Assembly: GCA_028715115.1 (NCBI GenBank)
Contig: JAQUSN010000002.1
Coordinates: forward strand, 210,816-274,815
Reading direction: 5' to 3'
Source of the DNA: Patescibacteria group bacterium
Lineage (GTDB): Bacteria; Patescibacteriota; Patescibacteriia; UBA2591; UBA4787
DNA length: 64,000 nt
Made by a program: the position numbers and the translations under genes. Shown here piece after piece: positions 20,701 to 29,842 of the stretch. The first letter of the stretch is position 1, and each line of letters begins with the position of its first letter. The notes under the pieces were generated by a model. That model made no database searches, had not been told where the DNA came from, and worked only from the letters and a program-made list of their open reading frames with translations.

Positions 20701-20760
20701 TGGGGTGGCTCCGCCATTCGCCAATCGGCGAAGGCAGATGCAAGAATGTTAGAACCTATT
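20701..20760 (+). repeat. att-like cassette repeat with nested palindrome
   Basis: TGGGGTGGCT (10/10 match to tRNA-His 3' end) then [insertion] ATGCAAGAATGTTAGAACC. Confidence 0.85.
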
Positions 20761-21132
20761 TTGTTTTTTCCTTACCCAATTAATAATAAATAAAACTCCT
20801 ATAAAGAATGCCGGACCAGCAACCATTAAAATCCAAGATACCATATACCACTGAAATGAATCTTTTAATATATTAACCAATATTAATATAACATATAATA
20901 TACCGGCCATAATAAAGACAATTCCGCTAATGATCTCTCGTTTCCAAAATGTTATCAAAATAATTAATAGAATAAATACCGGGATATTATGTATAAATAA
21001 TCCTATAATTATTTGCCAAAAACTTAATTCGGGAGAAATAATATCAAGCGAAAATAAGGTTAAAAAAAAGATAAATATTATTGATAAAATTCTTGGCGCC
21101 CAATATATAAATTTATTTATTTTTTGATTCAT
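20749..21132 (-). CDS. Hypothetical four-TM membrane protein
   Basis: WAPRIL...FIHNIP; stop codon lies inside the repeat. Confidence 0.8.
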   Translation of the reverse strand: MNQKINKFIYWAPRILSIIFIFFLTLFSLDIISPELSFWQIIIGLFIHNIPVFILLIILITFWKREIISGIVFIMAGILYVILILVNILKDSFQWYMVSWILMVAGPAFFIGVLFIINWVRKKQNRF

Positions 21133-21340
21133 AAACTAATTATAATCAGAAAAATTTTTAAAGCAAGAGGCCAAAAACCCTTATACAGAAAGATTAGGGC
21201 CGGTCTTGCACCATAAGCCAAAAAAATTCCCGGAAAATAAATTATAAACCACCTTAGACCATAGTATTTATGTTTGCATACTATAAGATTGCCCCCGCAT
21301 TCTCCTTTATCTATAACCTCAACAGAATATCCGTCTGATA

Positions 21341-24007
21341 TTAAACTAATTTATATGTTTTTTTATGTTTAACAATAAAATAGTATTTTACTATTTCAAT
21401 TAACAAAACATTTATTAGTCCCAGTCCCCCTATAATTATCCATGGGGATGCTGGCAAGGCAACTGTGCCCAATAATCGATTTAAAAATGGTAAATATACT
21501 GCTAATAACAAACCCAGAATACTCAAAAACCACGCACCAACTAAAAACTTATTATTCAGCAGATTAATATTCCACAAATTTTTTCTTAAACTCTTACAGC
21601 AAAAAACATACAACATAGAATCCACGGCAAGGGAGGCAAATATAATTGTTCTTACATATTCTATATTATGATTATTATTCCAGAGCCAAAAAAACAATCC
21701 TAAAAGTATAAAATCAGTTAATAAACCTATAACAAAAATAATTATCTTCATTTCTTTTGTTAATAGGGGGGTATTTTTACTTTGTGGTTTTTGTTTCATT
21801 AAATCTTTTTCTTTCGGCTCAAATGCTAGGGCAATATTGGGAAGCCCATCTTCTAGTAAATTGATCCATAAAATCTGAACAGCTGTCACTGGCAGAGGAA
21901 GACCCAACATTATACTAACCCCTATTAAAACTATCTCGGTAGAACTATCTGATAAGAGATATGTAATTACCTTTCTTATATTATCTAAGATTGATCTACC
22001 CTCTTCTACCGCTGATACAATAACAGAAAAATCATCTGTTAGAAGAACCATATCTGAAACCTCTTTTGCGACTTCTGTTCCAGACCCCAAAGCAACTCCT
22101 ATATTAGCTTGTTTTAGCGCCGGAGTATCATTAATTCCATCGCCTGTCATGGCAACCACCTCTCCTACGGCCTGCCAGGCTTTTATAATTCTTAGCTTAT
22201 GTTTAGGTTCAACTCGTGCATAAATATCTATATCTTTAAATCTAGAATTAAATTTCTCCTCTGACATTTTGTCTAAATCTCTACCCTCTAAAATATTTTT
22301 GTCTTTTATATTTAATCCCAATTTATTTGCAACCGACTTTGCGGTTAATTTATGATCTCCGGTAACAATAATAGCCCGCATTCCTGCCTGATAACATTTT
22401 TGTATAGCCTGTTTTGCTGATTTGCGAACTGGATCTTCTAAAAAAATAAATCCTGCAAAAATTAAATCATGTAGAGATTCGTCAGGATTTAAGTGCTGAC
22501 TTTGTATGTTTTTATAGGCTGTGCCTAAAACTCTATACCCATCGGTAGTTAATTTTTCGTACTTTTTGTTTAAAAAATCCCTTAGCTCCCTATTTATTTC
22601 AATTTTCTTGTTTTTTGAATATAAATATTTTGATTTCTCTAAAATTACCTCCGGAGCACCTTTCATATAAATAATATTTTCATTATTATTGGTAGATGAT
22701 TTTCTTAGTGTGGTAGAATATTTATATTCAGAACTAAATGAAATCTGATCAATTTGCGGTTCTAATTCTTCTAATTTATTTTTAATGAAATCATATTTAG
22801 CCCCCTCTAAAATTATTGATTTTTCCGTAGACATTCCTGTAATTTTCCAATTTTCTGGTTTATCTTCTGGATTTTCGATAAAAGACTCACTACATAAAAT
22901 AGCTATTTTAATAACTAAACTTTCATCTTCTGGACTACTTTCAGCGTATGTGTAAACTCCCGCTACACTCATTTTTCCTTCTGTTAATGTGCCTGTTTTA
23001 TCGGTTGCAATTATTGATGTACTACCAAGCGTCTCAGCTGCAGACAATTTTCTTACTAAACCATTTTTTTTAAAAATTTTCTGCATACCAATAGCTAAAA
23101 TAACTGTCATTGCTACTGGTAGGCCCTCAGGAATAGATGCCACGGCCACAGCAACAGCTGTAACAAAAATTTCAAAAAAATTTCTACCGACTAAAATACC
23201 CTCAATAAAAACAGCAAAACAAATTAATAATATTATGAGTCCAATAATTTTAGAAAAATTAGCTAATTTTTTTTGATAAGGTGTTGCATCTTCTTTTGCG
23301 CCCCTAACCAAGCTAGTAATCTTGCCAATTTCTGTTTTTATTCCACTGCTTGTGACAATAAACTTAGCACGACCATCTTCAACAACGGTGCCCATATAAA
23401 CCATATTATCTCTATCCGCAAGTGAAATGCCCTCCTCTAAAATTTTATTATCTTTTGATGCTGATAACCATTCTCCGGTTAAAGTCGATTCATTAACTTT
23501 TAAATTATTTACATCTATCAATCTGCCATCCGCTGGTACCTTGTCCCCGGGCCTTAATAAAACGATATCCCCAGGAACAAGTTCTTCTGCTAAAACCTCT
23601 TTCTCTCTTCCATCTCTTAAAACAATGGTCTTTATACTTAAAACATTTTTTAGTTTTCTAAGAGCTTTTGACGACTTGCTTTCCTGTATATAACCCACAA
23701 ATGTATTTATAAATACAGCGAAAAAAATCACCCCGGAATCAGTATATTCTTTCAATAATAAAGTTATTATTCCGGCTAATAGTAGGATGTAAATTAAGGG
23801 GCTCTTCAATTGCTCTAAAAAAATTATCAACTGAGATAGTGGTTTTTCTTGAGGAAGTTTGTTCTTACCAAATTTTTTTTGGTTAATCTCTACTTGATCC
23901 ATCGATAAACCATTTTTCAAATCAGAATAAAAGTGTTTTATTACTTCATTTATAGAAATGGCGTGCCAAATAATTTTACTATTTAATTCTTTTAATATAC
24001 TGCTCAT
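21341..24007 (-). CDS. P-type cation (Ca2+-like) transporting ATPase
   Basis: PEGL, DKTGTLT, KGAPE, TGD, MTGDGIND. Confidence 0.95.
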   Translation of the reverse strand: MSSILKELNSKIIWHAISINEVIKHFYSDLKNGLSMDQVEINQKKFGKNKLPQEKPLSQLIIFLEQLKSPLIYILLLAGIITLLLKEYTDSGVIFFAVFINTFVGYIQESKSSKALRKLKNVLSIKTIVLRDGREKEVLAEELVPGDIVLLRPGDKVPADGRLIDVNNLKVNESTLTGEWLSASKDNKILEEGISLADRDNMVYMGTVVEDGRAKFIVTSSGIKTEIGKITSLVRGAKEDATPYQKKLANFSKIIGLIILLICFAVFIEGILVGRNFFEIFVTAVAVAVASIPEGLPVAMTVILAIGMQKIFKKNGLVRKLSAAETLGSTSIIATDKTGTLTEGKMSVAGVYTYAESSPEDESLVIKIAILCSESFIENPEDKPENWKITGMSTEKSIILEGAKYDFIKNKLEELEPQIDQISFSSEYKYSTTLRKSSTNNNENIIYMKGAPEVILEKSKYLYSKNKKIEINRELRDFLNKKYEKLTTDGYRVLGTAYKNIQSQHLNPDESLHDLIFAGFIFLEDPVRKSAKQAIQKCYQAGMRAIIVTGDHKLTAKSVANKLGLNIKDKNILEGRDLDKMSEEKFNSRFKDIDIYARVEPKHKLRIIKAWQAVGEVVAMTGDGINDTPALKQANIGVALGSGTEVAKEVSDMVLLTDDFSVIVSAVEEGRSILDNIRKVITYLLSDSSTEIVLIGVSIMLGLPLPVTAVQILWINLLEDGLPNIALAFEPKEKDLMKQKPQSKNTPLLTKEMKIIIFVIGLLTDFILLGLFFWLWNNNHNIEYVRTIIFASLAVDSMLYVFCCKSLRKNLWNINLLNNKFLVGAWFLSILGLLLAVYLPFLNRLLGTVALPASPWIIIGGLGLINVLLIEIVKYYFIVKHKKTYKLV

Positions 24008-24150
24008 TTTAAAAAATTGAAATTATAAATTAAATGACTTATATGTAAACACAAACTATTATATATTGTATCATGAAGAGTTAAATTTATTAAAATTATA
24101 ATTATTTCGGATATTATTATTCTATCACCATACTTTTATTTCTGGCGGAA

Positions 24151-24222
24151 TTACTTACGATATATGACAAAAAATTTAAGGTTATCATTTTCATCAACTA
24201 TATCAAATAATTCTTCGTTCAT
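24151..24222 (-). pseudogene. N-terminal remnant of NUDIX/IDI-like gene
   Basis: MNEELFDIVDENDN resembles the start of 43109..43615 (YVDVVDENDEV), then stops. Confidence 0.5.
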
Positions 24223-24232
24223 AGATTATTTT

Positions 24233-24859
24233 TTAAAATTTAACTTCTTGACCGTCTCCGATAAACCCACAAATACCGTCTTCGCAAAACATGCCCTGTC
24301 CATCTCGTAATATATGCAATGGATGTTTGAGGTTTTTTAAGTTTCGCCTCACTGATTCTTCTTTATCATCATTATAATGAACCTTTAGAACAAAGGGCAC
24401 ATAATTTAAGGCAGTATAATCAGTTATTCCAAATTTATCTTTACCGTCTTGATTCCAATTGGCTACCTCGATGGTTGGACACATAATATAAGACCCGCAA
24501 CTTGTGCCAACATAAACTCTACCTTCATCAAGTAGCTCTTTAAGAATATCGGCAAAACCGGTTTCTCTTATCGCTTTTAATAAATAGAAAGTATTACCGG
24601 CTTCAATGTAAACGACATTTTTATCTTTAAAAAAATCTTTTATTTCCTGCTTGGTTTTCCCTTCTATATCAAAATCTTCGATATTATAGCCATTTTCTTT
24701 TATCGTCTCTGTTATTTTCTTGAAAAAATCTATATGAGTACGAGACACTTTATAGGCAGTTATAATATGACCGATTTTCATCTCACTCTTTGAAATGCCA
24801 GTTAAATTAAAACCGTACTTAAGAATAAATGTATAATCTGATCCAAGTATTAATTTCAT
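24233..24859 (-). CDS. Peptidase S51 (PepE-like)
   Basis: GNTFYLL, YVGTSCGS, KVHY. Confidence 0.88.
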   Translation of the reverse strand: MKLILGSDYTFILKYGFNLTGISKSEMKIGHIITAYKVSRTHIDFFKKITETIKENGYNIEDFDIEGKTKQEIKDFFKDKNVVYIEAGNTFYLLKAIRETGFADILKELLDEGRVYVGTSCGSYIMCPTIEVANWNQDGKDKFGITDYTALNYVPFVLKVHYNDDKEESVRRNLKNLKHPLHILRDGQGMFCEDGICGFIGDGQEVKF

Positions 24860-24913
24860 ATTTTAATTATAAATAAAAATTGCCCAAATGGCAATAGTTA
24901 TATAAAAACGGTC

Positions 24914-24960
24914 TGGGGTCACTCCGCCAGTTGGCGGATGCAAGAATGTTAGAACCTGTT
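24914..24960 (+). repeat. att-like cassette repeat with palindromic insertion
   Basis: TGGGGTCACT[CCGCCAGTTGGCGG]ATGCAAGAATGTTAGAACCTGTT. Confidence 0.9.
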
Positions 24961-25107
24961 GCTACCCTACCCCTTAACTCGAGATGTGTTTTTCTGGAAG
25001 ACTGAGACGATTTTCGAACTTTTAGGTTAGCTTAATTTAATTACCTTTAATTCTAAAAATCGCTCTTTTTAAAGAACGACTTTTAGAATAATTATTATTG
25101 GTAATAA

Positions 25108-25740
25108 TTAATTAAACAATTTCAATAACCAACCAAATAGGCTAAATTTTCCTTCTTGTGCCTTTATAAAATTTTCAATTTTTGTCTGTTCCTGCTCTAA
25201 TATTTTAATTTGACTCTGGATTTCTGTTTGATCGCCTTCGTTTTGATTATTTTCCATTAACCTGTTTAATTGCTCTAACCTGTTTCTAGTTCTAACGGTT
25301 TCACTTCTTAAAGCACCGAGGTTTTTGTAATCAGAACCAAAAAGAAATGTTTTAATTTGACTTCTGGTCTGAATTTTTTCCATTGATTGAAGGGATTTTT
25401 CCGTTGATTGATTTTGTTCTTGAGCGATTACTCTAACTTGCTCTCCGATTCCCTCCTCTCTGTCAGCAACCCCTAAAAGACTTTGAACAAAATTTGTTAC
25501 GGTGCTTTTGTGGGCTTGAACCGAAAGCTGTTCCTGTTGTTGAGCTTGTAATTGTTCCTGATTCTGTTCCTGATTCTGTTCCTGATTCTGTTCCTGCCCT
25601 ACATTCATCTCTTGATTCTGTTCACGACTTTGTACTTGATTCATGTTTTGTGCTCTCGCATTAACGCTAAAAGCTAAAGAAAAGACAAGAACCATTGTTA
25701 AAATAACTACGAATAATTTAATTTTTTTGATATTTTCCAT
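25108..25740 (-). CDS. Secreted Gln-rich hypothetical protein, paralog of 9026..9652
   Basis: Signal peptide, QNQE repeats, shared C-terminal domain. Confidence 0.8.
   Translation of the reverse strand: MENIKKIKLFVVILTMVLVFSLAFSVNARAQNMNQVQSREQNQEMNVGQEQNQEQNQEQNQEQLQAQQQEQLSVQAHKSTVTNFVQSLLGVADREEGIGEQVRVIAQEQNQSTEKSLQSMEKIQTRSQIKTFLFGSDYKNLGALRSETVRTRNRLEQLNRLMENNQNEGDQTEIQSQIKILEQEQTKIENFIKAQEGKFSLFGWLLKLFN
25553..25596. repeat. 12-bp tandem repeat encoding QEQN
   Basis: (TGTTCCTGATTC)x3 plus a partial copy. Confidence 0.9.
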
Positions 25741-25823
25741 AGTTTTTTTAGTTTTAATAAATCGACCTTTCGTTTATTCTATCAAAAAACCGCCTAAATG
25801 GCAATAGTTATAATAAAAACTTC

Positions 25824-25857
25824 TGGGGTGGTCTATTAGACACTATTAGAACCTGTT
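25824..25857 (+). repeat. att-like cassette repeat (variant)
   Basis: TGGGGTGGTCTATTAGACACTATTAGAACCTGTT, same spacing as consensus. Confidence 0.85.
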
Positions 25858-25988
25858 TTGATAAAGAGAGATTTGGGTTTGTGAGAGAGTGGATTTAGAT
25901 AAAATCTGCTTGGCTAAAGCCATTTCGCTACGTAAAATTACAATATTCTTTATTAACTATAATTTGGACTAAAAATAGATAATCAAAA

Positions 25989-26219
25989 TTACTTATTTCT
26001 TATTCCCTTTAAAATTACAGCACTTAAGATAAAGGCAATGGTAAAAAATATCGCTCCGTAAAAACAAGGCGTCAAAAAGGGATTAACCAGACCCTGAACG
26101 CAGCCAGTAGTGCAGACTCGTTTGTTGAGCCAATTAACCAATTCAATCGTAAAGATAACCCAAGCGAATATGGTGCCGCCCAGCAAGATTATAAATTGGG
26201 TTAAAATAGTTTTTTTCAT
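25989..26219 (-). CDS. Small membrane protein with CxxxC and PCFYG
   Basis: ORF track; two TM segments. Confidence 0.7.
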   Translation of the reverse strand: MKKTILTQFIILLGGTIFAWVIFTIELVNWLNKRVCTTGCVQGLVNPFLTPCFYGAIFFTIAFILSAVILKGIRNK

Positions 26220-26273
26220 AATAATCTTTATTAATGTTAATCGTATTAAATCAGAAGAAAATTAAAAAAATAT

Positions 26274-26555
26274 TTATTGATTCTTTTTTATTTTAATCGC
26301 TTTGCCTTCAACCAAAGCCTCGGCAATTTTTTGTCTAGCTGATGTTAGAATTCTTTGTAATGTGCTTTGGGAAATCTTCATTTTCTTCGCCGCCTCTGTT
26401 TGCTCAAAATTTTTAGAATCACACAGTCTAATTGCTTCTAATTCATCAGCCTTCAATTCAACCTCTTCTAACATTGAAAGAGGAACGGCTCTTGGCTTAA
26501 AGTAAACTACGTTTGGATTGAATTTTATTAATCTTGATATTTGTGGTCTTGTCAT
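26274..26555 (-). CDS. DUF134 HTH DNA-binding protein
   Basis: YFKP...ELEAIRLCD...AAKKMKISQSTLQRILTSARQKIAEALVEGKAI. Confidence 0.92.
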   Translation of the reverse strand: MTRPQISRLIKFNPNVVYFKPRAVPLSMLEEVELKADELEAIRLCDSKNFEQTEAAKKMKISQSTLQRILTSARQKIAEALVEGKAIKIKKNQ

Positions 26556-26637
26556 ATTCTATATTTTATGTTAATCTTTTTTTGGAAGAAGGCCCCCGGC
26601 CCCTTATTGCAAAGAGGCCGGTTCCCGGTGCCTTCTT

Positions 26638-26898
26638 TTATTTTTGCTGGTCTTTCAGGGCAGCTTTTTCTTCACGAATTGCCGCCAGCTTTTCTTCAAG
26701 ATTTTTTTCTTCTTTTTCTAAAGCAGCTAGTTCATTTTTAGGAGAGATAAATCTTCTAAAACCGAAGCTATAGCCATAGCCGCATCCGCATCCGCAACCA
26801 CGGCCCCGCCTCATTCCCATACCACCACCGCAAGGACCCATCCCTCGACCAGTACCAGCACCTTGTCCCATTGGACCAGTTCCATCTAATTTTGGCAT
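26638..26898 (-). CDS. DUF5320 family protein
   Basis: MPKLDGTGPMGQGAGTGRGMGPC plus C-terminal coiled coil. Confidence 0.9.
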   Translation of the reverse strand: MPKLDGTGPMGQGAGTGRGMGPCGGGMGMRRGRGCGCGCGYGYSFGFRRFISPKNELAALEKEEKNLEEKLAAIREEKAALKDQQK

Positions 26899-26952
26899 AG
26901 TTTTAAAGTTAGTTGTTGATAATGGCAGAGTGACCTTTATTATCCCTGCCTA

Positions 26953-26986
26953 TTATGAATATATATTCAAAACTATCTTTTGTCAA
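26953..26986 (-). promoter_or_regulatory. Promoter with palindromic operator
   Basis: TTGACA-17-TATATT overlapped by perfect palindrome TGAATATATATTCA. Confidence 0.55.
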
Positions 26987-27056
26987 ATTATACCTGTGGA
27001 TAAGTTAAAATAAAAAAATCGCCTAATTAGCAACACTTTTTAGACTCAAGTCTTCT

Positions 27057-27086
27057 CTAGGTCCCTTATGCAAGGACGTTAGAACC
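27057..27086 (+). repeat. att-like cassette repeat
   Basis: CTAGGTCCCTTATGCAAGGACGTTAGAACC. Confidence 0.9.
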
Positions 27087-27218
27087 CGGATATTGATAAA
27101 TATGGCTAAAATGGGGGTCTTGACAAAAGGATAAAATGTGATATGATATAAGTACAGAATTCAATAGAGTCTTCTAATCCCTTGTCTCACGACAAGGATA
27201 TTCTCAAGGAGGTAACTC

Positions 27219-27605
27219 ATGAAAAAGCTGGCCCTGTTTGCAACGTATAGCGTTTTGACGTGGGGGTGCATTTTCGCCACGACCCACAAGCCCCTCCCTG
27301 GCCTCATCGGCATTCTGTTGTATGCAGTATTGGTTCTCTACTTCGATGTCGAGGACCGCAGATGGTGGGCTCGCAACCACAAACGGACACAGTCACCTGC
27401 ACCCAACTTCGACGTCATCACGGGATATAGTTGGCTGATGGTAGGCGCAGTCTCTTTCTTGGTGAGCCTACCCTTCATGCCAAGCACCGCCACCATCTTC
27501 CATGTCTTCGCTCCTACGTTTGTAACGACCATCATCGCCGGAGCTATCAACACGCTGATGAGACTACACCAAAACAGCCACGACCAGAAAGTCGTCAGAG
27601 GCTAA
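27219..27605 (+). CDS. Hypothetical four-TM membrane protein in GC-rich unit
   Basis: TTGACA at 27120, TG-TATGAT, AAGGAGGT SD, hairpins at 27623-27695. Confidence 0.75.
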   Translation: MKKLALFATYSVLTWGCIFATTHKPLPGLIGILLYAVLVLYFDVEDRRWWARNHKRTQSPAPNFDVITGYSWLMVGAVSFLVSLPFMPSTATIFHVFAPTFVTTIIAGAINTLMRLHQNSHDQKVVRG

Positions 27606-27700
27606 GGCCTCGTTCCGACAAATAAGGGGACACGAACAGTAGCGTGACCCCTTTTCAGTTAACAAAAAAAGAGTAATCACTTACTCTCTTTTTATTTTAA

Positions 27701-27734
27701 GGAGGTCACCTATGCAAGGACGTTAGAACCTGTT
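27701..27734 (+). repeat. att-like cassette repeat
   Basis: GGAGGTCACCTATGCAAGGACGTTAGAACCTGTT. Confidence 0.9.
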
Positions 27735-28175
27735 GCGAAGTTGTTTAAGGTGAAAATTTAAAAACTTTCTTTGTTCCGAAATTATATTATTAGGCAACTT
27801 GTTAAAAATTGCTATTTTTGTAGCTTCTTTATTAAGTTTAAATTTTTCTGATTCGGGTTTACATAAAAGAGCTAAACCAATTGTTCGTCCATATCCCCGC
27901 TCTTTCCGTTCGCTAGGATATTCAATAAAGCCAATGCTTTTTATTATTTTAACCGAAACACCAATCTCTTCTTTAGAAATTCTAGTAGCCGCCCTTCTTA
28001 TCGTTTCGTTATACAAAACCGTTCCCCCTGGAATATGCCATTGATTATACCAGTGCGGAAGGTCTCTTAGAGTTAAGACTATTCCTTTTTTTGTTTTAAC
28101 AACAAGCTCAATGGTTAATCTTGGAACCTTGGAATATATTTGCTTAAATTCTTTTAAAGAAAATGGTTTTCCCAT
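27723..28175 (-). CDS. NUDIX hydrolase (GDP-mannose hydrolase-like)
   Basis: WHIPGG...ETIRRAATRISKEEIG; stop codon inside the repeat. Confidence 0.88.
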   Translation of the reverse strand: MGKPFSLKEFKQIYSKVPRLTIELVVKTKKGIVLTLRDLPHWYNQWHIPGGTVLYNETIRRAATRISKEEIGVSVKIIKSIGFIEYPSERKERGYGRTIGLALLCKPESEKFKLNKEATKIAIFNKLPNNIISEQRKFLNFHLKQLRNRF

Positions 28176-28229
28176 ATCATTTATTCTATCAAAGAATTAC
28201 CAAATGGCAATAGTTATAATAAACCGATC

Positions 28230-28262
28230 TGGGGTCCCTTATGCAACTATTTTACTTAGAAC
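28230..28262 (+). repeat. att-like cassette repeat
   Basis: TGGGGTCCCTTATGCAACTATTTTACTTAGAAC. Confidence 0.85.
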
Positions 28263-29382
28263 TAGCCCGTTTGATGACTGACATTATTTGAGCATTAATA
28301 ACCCTAGGATTAAGAATTTTTCTTAAATTATTAATTTTTTTAGGTATTATTTGTTGACCACATAAAGACATTATTTTCTCAACCGTTTTTTTAGTATCAT
28401 TAAAAGACACTATCAAATTTTCTAAACCCGCCATTTTAAAAACTTCAGCACAGCCCATGTTTTCACTAACAAGGGCAGGGACCCCCATACATGCAGCTTC
28501 TATTGGAACATTCCCAAAAGTTTCAAACGACGAAGGACAAACAATAAGTCCTTGTGATAAATAAAATTTTAAAAGTTTGTCGTGTGTCATAGGCATAAGT
28601 CTATTTATTTTATTTGGGAAATTTTTAATTTTTGCTCCTCCCGTAACAAATGAAGCTTTATGCCTCCACCCTTTTTTTAGCAATGTTTTATGAATATTAA
28701 AAAATTCCTTAAAATTTTTTATCTCATCCCATCTGCCAACGGCAGCAATACGCCGCTTCAAACCCTTAAAAGTTATTTTTCCTGCGGGAATATTAAATGG
28801 ATTGGGTATTATAAAAGAATTTTTTATTTTTTTATTTATAATCTCTTTTTCAACCACATTCCTACATAAACGTGATGGAAAAATAAAATAATTAACTCTT
28901 TTCTGAAAAGATTTTTCTATTTGATTAAAAAATTTCTTTGCCTTTGGTTTTTCGTTCTTTGTTTCCTTTGAGTAGACCCCAGCATATCTTAAAACTATCG
29001 GGATTTTAAGCTCATAAGCAGCAATAGACATAAGCCAAGGTACATAATATGTTCCGTTTAAAAAAACTACTCTTGGCTTGTTCTTAATTAATATTGCCTT
29101 AATTATTTTAATAATAGGACGATATTTTTTTTCTAAATCCTTAAGAGATTTTGAAGAATAAATAGCTTTATATATTGAAATGTCATGAATGTTTATAATG
29201 TGATGATTAAACCAGGGCGAAGGAAGATGCTTAAAAATATCAGGGCCCAACACATATCTTCTATTATTTAACTCTAAACCAATAATTCCTTTACTTTTTC
29301 CATAAAGAAAATTTATAAAACTAATATTGGACCTCGTGATTCCGCCAAGGTATTCTCTTGTAACATTTGTTGCTATTGTCAT
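28252..29382 (-). CDS. Glycosyltransferase family 4
   Basis: AVGRWDEIKN, PSSFETFGNVPIEAACMGVP. Confidence 0.9.
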   Translation of the reverse strand: MTIATNVTREYLGGITRSNISFINFLYGKSKGIIGLELNNRRYVLGPDIFKHLPSPWFNHHIINIHDISIYKAIYSSKSLKDLEKKYRPIIKIIKAILIKNKPRVVFLNGTYYVPWLMSIAAYELKIPIVLRYAGVYSKETKNEKPKAKKFFNQIEKSFQKRVNYFIFPSRLCRNVVEKEIINKKIKNSFIIPNPFNIPAGKITFKGLKRRIAAVGRWDEIKNFKEFFNIHKTLLKKGWRHKASFVTGGAKIKNFPNKINRLMPMTHDKLLKFYLSQGLIVCPSSFETFGNVPIEAACMGVPALVSENMGCAEVFKMAGLENLIVSFNDTKKTVEKIMSLCGQQIIPKKINNLRKILNPRVINAQIMSVIKRASSK

Positions 29383-29426
29383 ATTTTTTAATTATACTAA
29401 AAAAGAACTTATTGTTAAGGCTCTTC

Positions 29427-29460
29427 TGGGGTCCCTTATGCAAGAACGTTAGAACCTGTT
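29427..29460 (+). repeat. att-like cassette repeat (tRNA-proximal, intact)
   Basis: TGGGGTCCCTTATGCAAGAACGTTAGAACCTGTT. Confidence 0.9.
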
Positions 29461-29511
29461 TGTCATAAAACTCAAAGGGCGGCAGATGCCGCCCCCGATA
29501 AAGTATTCTAC

Positions 29512-29745
29512 TTAACCAAAAATTATAACATTTAAAATTATTCCAATAACCCCCATAATCATTTCACAAACACCCAGCCATCGATAAGTAATATAGGTAA
29601 GATTGGTAATTTCAGTTGCTATCCCGAATGATTGATTGCCTCGTTTAACCCATTTATTAACAAAAGATTCAAATTGAGATAAAATGCCAAAAACAAAAAT
29701 AATTGTAAAAAACAAAAACAATAAATTTGAATAGAGAGTTTTCAT
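29512..29745 (-). CDS. Small two-TM membrane protein (tRNA-proximal cassette)
   Basis: ORF track; lies between the tRNA end and the first repeat. Confidence 0.7.
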   Translation of the reverse strand: MKTLYSNLLFLFFTIIFVFGILSQFESFVNKWVKRGNQSFGIATEITNLTYITYRWLGVCEMIMGVIGIILNVIIFG

Positions 29746-29842
29746 AATAAAGTTTTTAATGTTTTAAAAGATTAACCTTAACCAATAAAGCTTATTATAA
29801 CAAAAAATAATAGAATAACAATAGTCAAAAAGGGTTTATTCC

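Noticed and set aside
20653-20724. N-terminal extensions of track ORFs (RNR; likewise dnaJ 51843, permease 33823, FkbM 62779, 13595)
   Set aside because: They run through repeats, promoters or upstream genes; downstream ATGs fit better
26548-26576. dif-like site (TTATGTTAATC)
   Set aside because: XerD-like half only; no XerC arm at a 6-bp spacing
14246-29460. CRISPR array or classical integron attC array
   Set aside because: Spacers are whole genes and no cas genes are present. The minus strand has ...TTCTAAC like an attC R'' box but no matching GTTRRRY or long palindrome, and there is no intI.
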